From Phoronis australis (lineage: Eukaryota > Animalia > Phoronida), in assembly GCA_002633005.1 (NCBI GenBank), contig NMRA01000293.1, forward strand, positions 385,707-449,706: DNA of 64,000 nucleotides, written 5' to 3'. Position numbers and translations under genes: made by a program. Shown here one piece after another: positions 1 to 11,113 of this stretch. The notes beneath the pieces were generated by a model. That model saw only the letters and a program-made list of their open reading frames with translations, had not been told where the DNA came from and did no database searches. Every line of letters starts with the position of its first letter. The stretch's first letter is position 1.

Positions 1-788
1 ATGTCTATATGAAAATATGAGAAAATAAAATTTCACTTAATGTCTTAAATTGGTGAGGTTTTACCATAATGTGACATCATCTAGTTCTCTATTACTGAGT
101 GTTACTGGGGATGCACCTACATATAGACACCTCACACTGGACTTCTGAGTCATTTGAAAGATAACGCATTTTGAGTTTATGAGAGCATCACCTTGTATAA
201 TAATTTTGATAAGTGAGATTAAACTTAAATAAAAATTGTCTGTTTTCCATTGATGAAAGTGCCGTCAGTTTCTTATTTTCCGTTACACTGTGCATTGTTC
301 TGTATTCGTGTAATAACTTCTGGACTGTTTTCGTATACCCTCAAAACTGGAACCTAGTGTTAGGAAGTGAAGGGCAAACACTGATGTAGGTATCTATGTC
401 CTAAGTGTGGTGGACACAATCACATACTTATTTATAGGCACTAATAGGTTGGAACACTTAAAGCTGCATTTCGTTGTGTTTAGCTGGCTAAAAAACAAAA
501 ATTGAATTGAGCCTTTTATTCTTATGAAATTGGTCTCATAATATTCCTTACTGTGGTAGAATTATGAGCATTTTACTGTTTATTGATAATTATCACTATA
601 CAAAGTATCTGTATAGATGCAGTAACCGGGAGTAAAAGGTTATTTTTCTGCTTACTTACTGGGTGGAAGTGGCATTGGGAGGGTGTTCCATGTCTTGTTC
701 CTAAAACACTCCCACTGGAACACTATACAGTTTGCAAGGAAGACACTGCCAGTGAGATGTGACATATATCTGCTGTTATCGGTTTCAG

Positions 789-3428
789 CTGCATGCTGAG
801 AATGGCTTGTTGAAGGCTGAGAATGCAGAGTTGAAGGAAGAGAATGGAAAGCTAGCCGAGATGGCCAGTCAAGCAGAGTATCTAGCTTCTGTTTTGCAGG
901 TAATGTAGTTTGAGTGAAGTAGTCATTCTTGAAGGAACGCTCTCTGTTGGAGAAACATGCTGTCTAGTATCTTCTTGGCTTGGGTGTTTCGCACTTGTAT
1001 CGTCTCGTCTTGGTTGGGTTTCGGGTGTGGTGATAGGAGTTTGTGAACAGTTTTTGGTGGTACCCTCTAGTGTAGATTAATGATTACCTCGCTATTTGTT
1101 TGCTCTGAGTTTTAAATGTGTTGCAGCCTTCCCATTCATTGGCTGAAGGGGCCCCGGGAAGTCTTGAAGGAAAGCAGAAAATGGAATATGACTTGTTTTA
1201 GGTTATGGGTAATTTCATCAGCAAGTCTGTCCATTTATCCAAAAATCTACAAGACTGTATAAAGTTTCAACTTTATAGCATGTTCTGTGCTCGTAAAGGT
1301 TAACACTCACTGTAGGCTTAACGCCCAAAAGCAAAATATGCAAATTTTAGCTTTTAAACACACGTGATTGAGCCTTCTTTTGAAAATGCCCGCGTCTTTA
1401 TCTAAAAGCTTAACCATTAAAATCTGCTCAGCCTTTTCTGAGATATGATAATTTGGCATTTCGAGGGTTACTCTTAACCCAGAGTCCGGGGTTGAATCAA
1501 ATTTAAACATTTTTAAATATTAAAATGTGTTACAGAGTTCGTTATTAGCTAAGTGAAAGAATGTAAGCGTTCAGCAACTGATGTCTTGCAAGAAGTGAAT
1601 TTTTATGGCCAATAAATGATTTGTAAAAGCAGAATAATCGATAGCAAAGCAATAGTTGAGTTTATTTATGACGGGTAAGGGGAGTCACAGTGTTTGGGAG
1701 AGGGAGGATATCTAAATGTTAAATTACCAATGACTGAAGGAGTTTTGTAAAACAAATTTCTTTAACACCCTTTGTTATCAAATCCATTTTTTTTCTCCTG
1801 ATGAGCGAAGTGTGTCTGAAGTGATACACTTTATTATTATGCAATACTGCGAATACTTCAGAATTTCAGTTTATCTGAGGATGAATTTCTTTAAAAGTAA
1901 TTGTGTTTAATTTTCATCACCATGTTTTTTGAAAATCAAATGCATTACAGCCTGTGTGTACCTCAAGGTTTCATTTAGTTTAGTGATAGCTATTTTTCAT
2001 ATACTGGTTATTTATCTTGTCTGCAAGTTCAGTAATCGCTCCATTGTCGCTTTTGATATTAATGGATGTTCTTAATGCAAATGGAAAATTGCAGAAACTG
2101 GCAGACGATGACCCAGTCCAGGAAAGTGACACTTTGGNCATGCTGCCTAGTATCTTCTTGGCTTGGGTGTTTCGCACTTGTATCGTCTCGTCTTGGTCGG
2201 GTTTCGGGTGTGGTGATAGGAGTTTGTGAACAGTTTTTGGTGGTACCCTCTAGTGTAGATTAATGATTACCTCGCTATTTGTTTGCTCTGAGTTTTAAAT
2301 GTGTTGCAGCCTTCCCATTCATTGGCTGAAGGGGCCCCGGGAAGTCTTGAAGGAAACCAGAAAATGGAATATGACTTGTTTTAGGTTATGGGTAATTTCA
2401 TCAGCAAGTCTGTCCATTTATCCAAAAATCTACAAGACTGTGTAAAGTTTCAACTTTATAGCATGTTCTGTGCTCGTAAAGGTTAACACTCACTGTAGGC
2501 TTAACGCCCACATGCAAAATATGCAAATTTTAGCTTTTAAACACACGTGATTGAGCCTTCTTTTGAAAATGCCCATGTCTTTATCTAAAAGCTTAACCAT
2601 TAAAATCTGCTCAGCCTTTTCTGAGATATGATAATTTTGGCATTTCGAGGGTTACCCCTAACCCAGAGTCCGGGGTTGAATCAAATTTGAACATTTTTAA
2701 ATATTAAAATGTGTTACAGAGTTCGTTATTAGCTAGATAAGTGAATGTAAGCGTTCAGCAACTGATGTCTTGCAAGTAGTGAATTTTTATGGCCAATAAA
2801 TGATTTGTAAAGGCAGAATAATTGATAGCAAAGCAATTATAGTTGTGTTTATTTACGACAGGTAAGGGGAGTCACAGTGTTTGGGAGAGGGAGGATATCT
2901 AAATGTTAAATTACCAATGACTGAAGGAGTTTTGTAAAACAAATTTCTTTAACACCCTTTGTTATCAAATCCATTTTTTTTCTCCTTATGAGCGAAGTGT
3001 GTCTGAAGTGATACACTTTATTATTATGCAATACTGCGAATACTTCAGAATTTCAGTTTATCTGAGGATGGATTTCTTTAAAAGTAATTGTGTTTAATTT
3101 TCATCACCATGTTTTTTGAAAATCAAATGCATTACAGCCTGTGTGTACCTCAAGGTTTCATTTAGTTTAGTGATAGCTATTTTTCATACACTGGTTATTT
3201 ATCTTGTCTGCAAGTTCAGTAATCGCTCCATTGTCGCTTTTGATATTAATGGATGTTCTTAATGCAAATGGAAAATTGCAGAAACTGGCAGACGATGACC
3301 CAGTCCAGGAAAGTGACACTTTGGGAACCAGTGACTCTCCAACCAAACACAGTGAAAACAATGAGTTATCGAGTGACAAGGACGATCAGGATGATGAATG
3401 TGAACAGGATATTGAATTATATGGTTGA
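789..3428 (+). CDS. GMNN: Geminin, last two coding exons (789-899, 3282-3428); 5' part lies upstream of the window
   Basis: Exon 789-899 (tttcag|...CAG|gtaatg, 111 nt) translates LHAENGLLKAENAELKEENGKLAEMASQAEYLASVLQ, matching the geminin/multicilin coiled coil (human [37 protein letters not shown]). It joins in phase 0 to an acidic terminal exon KLADDDPVQESDT...IELYG* after ttgcag. Confidence 0.8.
956..3324. repeat. ~1.18-kb tandem duplication (956-2137 and 2139-3324) joined by a single N; probable uncollapsed haplotype overlap
   Basis: The two copies are near-identical with scattered SNPs and small indels (tgtctag/tgcctag, aaagcag/aaaccag). The junction is exactly the N at 2138, and copy 1 stops in the middle of the geminin last exon. 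Confidence 0.85.
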
Positions 3429-4881
3429 ACGGAAAAACGTTGGTGGGAACAACAGCCATATGTAGGGTGCCAAACTGGGTACCATGATTGGCAGTGCAAG
3501 CTATGATTGTAAAAATGATGAAGACTGTGACTGTGCAATCATTGAGGTGAAGAAGCCAGCTGGTGAATTGCTATTCAATTGGAGTCTTTGCCAGTTCATT
3601 GGATCTCGTGCAAGTGGTGCCAGAACATGCTGAGGTACTGTTTTCTCTTGCCTAAAGTGTTAAGACTGAGAACGGTGTGTTGAATCTAATGTAAGAAGGT
3701 TAGCTACAGGTGTTGAAGAGGCTTGATTTTAATCTGTGATCTTTCAGTTTATTTAGAATTTGCTGTAGTAATTTATCTGACATTCAGATTTGAAGTGATG
3801 GTCTGATGATGGAGTGTCTTGGCTCACCTACAACTACGAATTTGTCAGTTGCAAATGACATCATATGTGTTTATATTCTATTTTTATGAGTGCGAAGTAC
3901 ATAGACTCCAAGTATGTTCAAAGCTTTTCAGCTGTGTGGTGTATATGCAATCTCCATTATGAATGGATGCGAAGTTTGTACATTTGTTTATAGCGTGTTG
4001 AAACCTGTGGGTCAACTATTGGTCAATTGTTTTGCAAGTTAATAGACTCATTTATCATTGCATATTAGCTCAGTTGCCATGGATTATAAAGATATTTCCT
4101 TTGTGGTTTGTGTAGGTGATGCATTTTTATTTAATGAACTTTTAAAATACAATACAAATTGAAACTGAATGTCAGCTGTATTTAATGGTCTCCTTTTTGT
4201 TAATGATTAAGCCTACTTTAACTATTAAAGCCTCTACAAAACCCACCTAAACTCCTAAGCACAGATGCTCACAGTTACAAAAGCTGAAATATGGGTTTAT
4301 TTCATCTCTGCAGTCATACTTAATCTACTACGAACCAAATCACCCAAGGCTTGGTGTTTTATGACTTGGGGTTTCAATACACTGACAGGACTATTACTAC
4401 TACTACTACTACACTGAACTTGTCACTTCAGTATCAGAAAAAAATACTAATTGAGGGTGGATTTCTTTTGTTTAAAAACAGTTTATAATGGATTTCTATG
4501 CGCTCAAGTATATATATGTGGGTGAACCCCCTCTGTACCCCCTGGTGGCAATTTTATTTTTATGATCTCTTTATCTTCGGAGTTTCTTTATGGATTTTCT
4601 TGAAATTTGACAAATACCATAGGTTTCTATTAAGGAAGCAACTATGTCTTTTCATTTTGAACAGATTCCACGGATCTTTCACCACCTTGTTTTTTTCGAG
4701 TTTGTTTTTGTCTGGCTCTTTATTTGCCAAACTGCTCAAAGGATAACTGAAAATTGCAGGTGTGTTCCTTCTGAGAAAACCGTTGCTGATATTTATTTTT
4801 CAGCAAATTTGACTACAACAGCGCTCCATAATGGTAATTTTGTTTCTTTTTTGCATCCGCAGCTGTATTTCTTTGTAGCAA

Positions 4882-6370
4882 TTTTTATGTGCCCACATAT
4901 TTATATGTGGACGCATTATGCCGTCATCTCTGTCCGTCCGTCCGTTCGTCCGGGCGGCGTCCGTCCGGCGTCCGGCGTCCGCTGCTCTATCTCCAAAACC
5001 CTTTGGCATACGTTCATGAAATTTGGCACATATGTTCCATTCATGAATGGGACGGCATGTGCGAACTTTCGGACGGATCCGACTACCGGTGTGCCCCCTA
5101 GTGGCAATTTTAGTTTTTTACGCTTACCTTTGTATCTTCAAAAGTCCTGAANNNNNNNNNNNNNNNNNNNNNNNNNNNNNNNNNNNNNNNNNNNNNNNNN
5201 NNNNNNNNNNNNNNNNNNNNNNNNNNNNNNNNNNNNNNNNNNNNNNNNNNNNNNNNNNNNNNNNNNNNNNNNNNNNNNNNNNNNNNNNNNNNNNNNNNNN
5301 NNNNNNNNNNNNNNNNNNNNNNNNNNNNNNNNNNNNNNNNNNNNNNNNNNNNNNNNNNNNNNNNNNNNNNNNNNNNNNNNNNNNNNNNNNNNNNNNNNNN
5401 NNNNNNNNNNNNNNNNNNNNNNNNNNNNNNNNNNNNNNNNNNNNNNNNNNNNNNNNNNNNNNNNNNNNNNNNNNNNNNNNNNNNNNNNNNNNNNNNNTCT
5501 AGTGGCAATTTTAGTATTTTACATTGACCCCTGTATTTTCATAGGTCTTCAGGTGTATACTTTGTGTTACTTCGTGACTGTGAAGGAAAAGTTCCAAGTA
5601 GAAATTTGTTTCTGGCATTCTAATGCTGTGCTAATCTCGTATGTTGGTAAATTTGTTTTTTATTCTATGTTTCTGTGGTGCTTTAAGCAACTGGTGTATA
5701 GGATGCACTTGTATTATGAAGATTACTCACATTTTGCCCCTAGCCTATTGAGGGGACAATGACCATGCCTTTCCATTTTGCAAAGTATGCCCTCTACTGG
5801 CCACTTTATAGTACCAATAAACAACCCTAGAAGGATACCGTATGCGGTGCAATTGTGGGCGCATTTCAACGCTCCGCGTTGCTCTTGTAGTTTTTTAGAT
5901 TTGTATGATGGTGCCTTTTCATTTCCAAACTGATTTGAAGCCTCCTAGTGGCTATTTTTATTACTTCTAAGCTCATTTTTTTCTGTCTCTGTATCTGCCA
6001 AACCACTCTAAGGATCATCCTACAAATTGGCTGATGTGTTCTCACTGACAAGAGTTTGACTGACATTGATTTTGGGTGTGTCTAGCTTCTGAAGCTCCTA
6101 ATTGCACTTTTTGCATTTATCTGCTGAACTTAGTACATAATCTTTTTGAAATTTGGAGAGTGTGTTCTCATTAACTTGACAATAACTGGAAGGTTCCAGT
6201 TACTATTTTACCTCCAAGAGGAATGCGATTTTTTACAGTTGTCTTTGTATCTTTTGTTCCTGGAGGGATTTCCATGAACTGGCATAGTTTTCTATTATGG
6301 AGTCGAGGACATCTTTCAATTTTCAGACAGGTTCAATGTATTCTGCGCCTCCTAGTGGCCATTCTTATGA
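4882..6370 (+). mobile_element. Helentron/DINE-1-like non-autonomous interspersed repeat with internal tandem modules, spanning an assembly gap
   Basis: It has a T-rich start, a (GTCC)n-like microsatellite (tgtccgtccgtccgttcgtcc), an ATGAAATTTGG motif and recurring C(C/T)CCTAGTGGC modules (~5096, 5499, 5941, 6348). A related older copy lies at ~40495-40870. Boundaries are approximate. Confidence 0.5.
5152..5497. other. Assembly gap (N run)
   Basis: Run of Ns inside the repeat. Confidence 0.99.
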
Positions 6371-7672
6371 TACTAATTTACACCCCTAGAAACCTCTTGT
6401 TTGGGGTGCAGTCATGGGTGCATTTTAACGCCTCATTGCTCTTGTTTATGTTAATATCAAAACTGGTGTTACCTTCCAAACTTAAGTGGTGGTTGTGCTT
6501 ACTGGCAACGCTTGCAGACAATATTGCTTTTGGCCAGTTTGTTCATAAAATTCATGCACAAACAGTCCTGTAAAGATCCCAATCACCTCCGTGACCTCGC
6601 TATGGAGGTAGGCCTCTCCTGTGGTTTTGTTGGCAATGTAAGTTAAGGTTTTAAACTGGTCTTGACTTTAAAAGGACTGGCAGCTTGTTACTACTAAGAC
6701 CAGGCTCATTGAGTTGGTTTTCATAACTGGTCAATTTTTGCACTGAGCAGTTTCTAGCACTAACAGCCTGGCCATGCCATGGTCAGAAATCCTCTCTAAT
6801 CCTATAGACCAGTTTTACATTGACAACGGGTGAGTTTCTTTAAGGGGAGGTGTTGGGGCAGTTTTATGATTTGGAGTGATATACAGTTAAAAGTACACCT
6901 TCACACTTGAATTAAACAATTTTCCAGGTTGTGGTGGGAATGAAGGAAAACAAAATGTAGACTTTGACCAAAGAAAACGTTTAAAATTTCTCTTAATCTG
7001 TTAGTTCCTTGTTCATTGATTGAATAAATCCCTGTTTAAGTCAATTTTGTATATTGCCCACTAATTTCATACAGTTATTGCAATTCAAAACAAACATTTA
7101 AAAGTACAAAACACACCATATATCAATTTGTATAATTCATGAGTAAGAACCTGCAACTGTCTAGAGCTTGTCAACTGATTATCAGAACATCAAACCCTGA
7201 CCATTTAAAGGTTGTATAGACCTTATCCACAGAAGTCTACATCATCCAAATGTCTACAATGAAATTAGGGCTCACCTGTTGAGCACATTTATATAAGCTG
7301 CAAACAAACAGGCAAAACAAATTTGTTGTCTATTATTTGGAGCTATCAACCTTGAAACAAAAGCATTTTACCCAGCATAAATCACATGATTGACTTTTTA
7401 TTAAACATTTATAATATAATACTGAATTCGTTTATACTCTCCTTTTCAAACAATTCTTGTTACACAGTATTAAATTTTCATGGTTAAATTTAAATGCATT
7501 TCCTTAATACTATTACTATATATATTCAGTGATTTACTTAGCAATTATACAATATCACATCAGTGCCGTATTTATAAAGCCCAGTTTTAGAACAAGTGCC
7601 TTAATATGGCGACGTAAAATCATGGACACCGCCTTTGGATTTCTGGTTGTTCTACGACTCCGTGACGCCAAA

Positions 7673-7946
7673 ATAGTTCTCATTAAGTTCTCAAGAATTT
7701 AACCGAGTGGGAACCGAAAAACGTGGGCAATTGTTACATTTCGAGTCTCTACATGGACAGTGTCGCACTCTACTCATGACAACTGGCTCATTTCTACATG
7801 CTTCCGGTCGGTTTCAGTACGATTTTGGACGGGCTCGGGCGTTTCGGTTGTGGCACGGCCACCTATAACAAAGCGTTTCCACCGTTGAGTCGGGTTCCCA
7901 TCCAGTTTTAACCCTTTTTGTCAAATCTCGTAAAACTGAGAACTAT
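7673..7946. mobile_element. Possible MITE
   Basis: Terminal inverted ATAGTTCTCA / TGAGAACTAT, plus an internal inverted pair gtgggaaccga / tcgggttcccat. Confidence 0.3.
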
Positions 7947-8234
7947 CTAGGTGAGACAGAAAAATACTCCACAGGTTTTTATTGTATTGCTTCAGTCATT
8001 ATTGTTAAGGATAGGTTACAAGAAAGTGTTTGCCGCAATTACACTTCTTGATTTTGATTTGTGTGTTACCACATTAGCAAAGAAAAGCACTTTCTGAAAT
8101 GTAAGTCTGACATAATGTACCCTGTCCAATAACATAGGATTTAGTATATTTAGCCCTAAATCCGACAACGATATTTTCTTAGTTGCAGCTATATTATATT
8201 GTCAATATGCAGCAATTTTTTCGACGTCCACCTG

Positions 8235-9595
8235 TTAGGATTCCCCGCGTACGTGCACGTTTGACCATTTCTCGTAGATGCTAGACTTCCCATTTTCCCG
8301 CGTGGATGAGAAACCCAGCATGCGCCAACCTTTGCTCAATAGGAATTCACCGAGCTCTGGCCGGGTTATGTCGTCGTAAACGTGAATGCTCACATAGCCG
8401 TTGCCGAAATCTATGACTTTGGCTTTCTCTCCGAGATTCTCGAATTGACCTTCGTAATTTCCCGGAATGTTTCGGTAGGTCTCGATCAACTGCTTGTGTA
8501 CCGTTTGCCGGAAGGGAATAAGATGGATGACATCAACATGTCCGCACACGGTGATGTCCCTGTGGCCTCCATAGACGTCTAGAATTCTTGGTATCAGTCT
8601 CGATTCGCCAGCTGGTTCGTGGTCGTAGCTATATCTTGAGCTTCGATGAAAGCTAAAGTAAAGAAAATACACCTCTTTTTACTTTGTGTCGTGTTACACC
8701 CTGATGTGACTGAAGATTTAAATAAGTCTGGAAAGAAATTCGAGATCGAGACACATGTGTGCCCTAATAGGCCTACATTGTGAAAAAAAGGTACTGATGA
8801 CTCATTATTTTGATACAACGCCCATGGTTTTACTTCGGCACTACCTATATCCAAGTCGAAATATTTAATCATGAAAAGTGCCGCACTAAAAAAGCGATAT
8901 CGATCCTCACTCCTAAAAGAACCATAGTGCTATCGATCAATGCTATGATATCGCATTCCAGTCTCCGACGGAACATAAAAACATAAAGTAGTTGGCATCG
9001 AACCTCCGCCGAGACAGTTACCTGTGATTACCTGTATGGCCTGAACTGACAAGAAATGACAGTTGAAAAATTCATGATAGTTAACGAGTTTTTCACCAGA
9101 ATCAAACGCACCTTTTCCCGAAACCTTACAGCAACATTCGCCTCCAGACCCGGGCCTCAGACAAATGATGTGATGTAAGACGTGTGCGCGACAATTTCAG
9201 TACTCAAAGTTATGGGTAGTGTTTTATCCAAACGTTCGAGGTAAAACGGCTAGGATTCATAATCCTATGTAAAATCGACTTGTATGCCCAGTAGCCTCGG
9301 CTAACATTGAATGATTACCAGAACACGAGAAGCCGGCTAAGAGGCGAACGTCGTCGTCCTGAAATGATCTTGCCATTACTGCCTACCACGTCGCTACAAA
9401 AGGTGATAGACGTCAAGTGCTGAGGTCAACCCACAGCAAGATGACACCAGTAGTGCCTATAGTGTTTTGTCAAAAAATTACGTTGCCTCAGTTACAGTTC
9501 GTCATGTTCTGCCGTAGCGTAATTTATTACGTAAAGACTTACCTGTTTTGATGATCAGAGCCTCCATTCATATGATATCGTGGACGGTGCGACAT
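8235..9595 (-). CDS. Two-exon ~156-aa protein (exons 9595-9543, 8652-8235), GFRP/KCTD-C-terminal-like fold
   Basis: ATG at 9595 gives MSHRPRYHMNGGSDHQN-AG|gtaagt (phase 2), which joins tttag|C at 8652 in frame with ORF 8235-8672. The C-terminal LGEKAKVIDFGNGYVSIHVYDDITRPELGEFLLSKGWRMLGFSS resembles GFRP [41 protein letters not shown]. Confidence 0.7.
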
Positions 9596-10382
9596 TTTGA
9601 AGCGTGTGTCCTCGTTCTACCCAAGTATATCCCTCGGTGATTCGGTAAACACTCCCCAGATGCGTATGGCTTTTGTCCTCTATTGTGTGTGTGCGGCCAG
9701 CTATGTTACAGGTATTCAATCGAAAGCATTCCTGTGGCGATAGACTGGAATAAGCTTGAATGAGCTACTCCGGTGTCTAATGGTGAGAAACGAGAAAAGG
9801 GAACGATTCTAGTCTGTGTATTCTGTATACTTTTGTGTATTAGCATTGGATTGCAAGGTTTCGCGAATGAATAATTAAATTGCTGCCCTCTTCGGTTCCG
9901 TTCATTGTTGACCCCCCTTCTCATTATTGGATAAGCCGATCTATACCTGTTTGTAGTGAACATGGACGCGTCTACGTTTTCACCAAAAGGGTGAATAGCC
10001 ATTATTGTGTGTGCAGATGGAGGCATACAGTATTTATTCCCATTTCCGAAAAAAACGCATATTTGACATGACCTTTTCAGTATTGAAACATCATTAAGAA
10101 GAATATTTGATGAGACAAATATCCCATAGTGACGATGACGTTAATATGCCGTTCGATCAGAACGCTGGTGGGACGCACGCCTGATTGTCGTCTGAATAGA
10201 ACTGTAAACGCTCGTGAGACGTTTGATCTGCTTTTTTATCACCCGATTCCAAATCAGTCGATAGACTTGCCTCATCGGGAGAAGCGTAATTTATGGTTAT
10301 ATTCCGCTTGTCCATTATATGCACATGATTGGTAGAATATATACAAGCAGTACTACTACCACTACTGCTACTTCTGTTCTGC

Positions 10383-10387
10383 TATTG

Positions 10388-10435
<48 letters not shown>

Positions 10436-10460
10436 TTATTATTATTATTATTATTATTAT
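10383..10460. repeat. Compound microsatellite (TAC)n(TAT)n
   Basis: Directly visible; explains the poly-Y/N/S ORFs. Confidence 0.95.
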
Positions 10461-10536
10461 CTTTACCTGGCTGACATCGACTGTAACAATTGTTCATGCC
10501 GTGTCAGAAGTTTTTGTCAGTAGCCCAGTTGTAGGT

Positions 10537-10663
10537 CATAGGCGTAGGAAGCATTGGGTGGTGGTGCCAGGCGGGGAACATCTGTTCAGTTTTCAATATT
10601 TTAAAACGATGTGTGGGATGCGAAACTTTTAATAATAATCAATTGTTGCTTCCTACGTGTGTG
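10537..10663. mobile_element. Short MITE
   Basis: Imperfect TIR CATAGGCGTAGGAAGCA / TGCTTCCTACGTGTGTG; flanks taggt / tagat could be a decayed 5-bp TSD. Confidence 0.4.
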
Positions 10664-10929
10664 TAGATGTTCATGTAGAACAGACGCGAAGAACATCAAC
10701 TTCTGTGTGTATTACAAATTACATGTCGCATACAAGCTCCTTGGCCGAAGCTCTAGTTCTGTCTGCCTTCACTGACCATTCAAACAGCTGACTGGGAACC
10801 ACGAAGACAAGTGTAAACCGAGATACCCTTCTCCTTTCACTATGTCATGTAAGAGTGCATGGATGATTAACCTCATAGCGAGACCAAAGACAACAAATAG
10901 CAATTAAAGTAACGCAGTAACTCAATCCA

Positions 10930-10935
10930 TTTATT
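10930..10935 (-). terminator. Candidate polyadenylation signal of the galaxin-like gene
   Basis: AATAAA on the minus strand ~180 nt after the stop codon. Confidence 0.5.
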
Positions 10936-11113
10936 TTGCGAACAACACACGATCAGACCGAATATTCAATCTCACAAATGTTATTATCTTCCTTCACAAT
11001 GCTAAACAAGTTACATCGTAATGTTATAGTGCTCCCATCCAGGTGCAGTTGGTCTACTCACAATTTTAATTGTTTAACCATTTTTAAATGTTTTTCAAGA
11101 ACCATACTCGCAA

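Noticed and set aside
4644-5508. ORFs of 130-170 aa around the gap
   Set aside because: They derive from the interspersed repeat and the N run, with no protein-like signature.
10315-10523. Poly-Tyr, poly-Asn and poly-Ser ORFs (also poly-Asp at 18252 and the HTY repeats at 60152-60485)
   Set aside because: They are translations of micro- and minisatellites.
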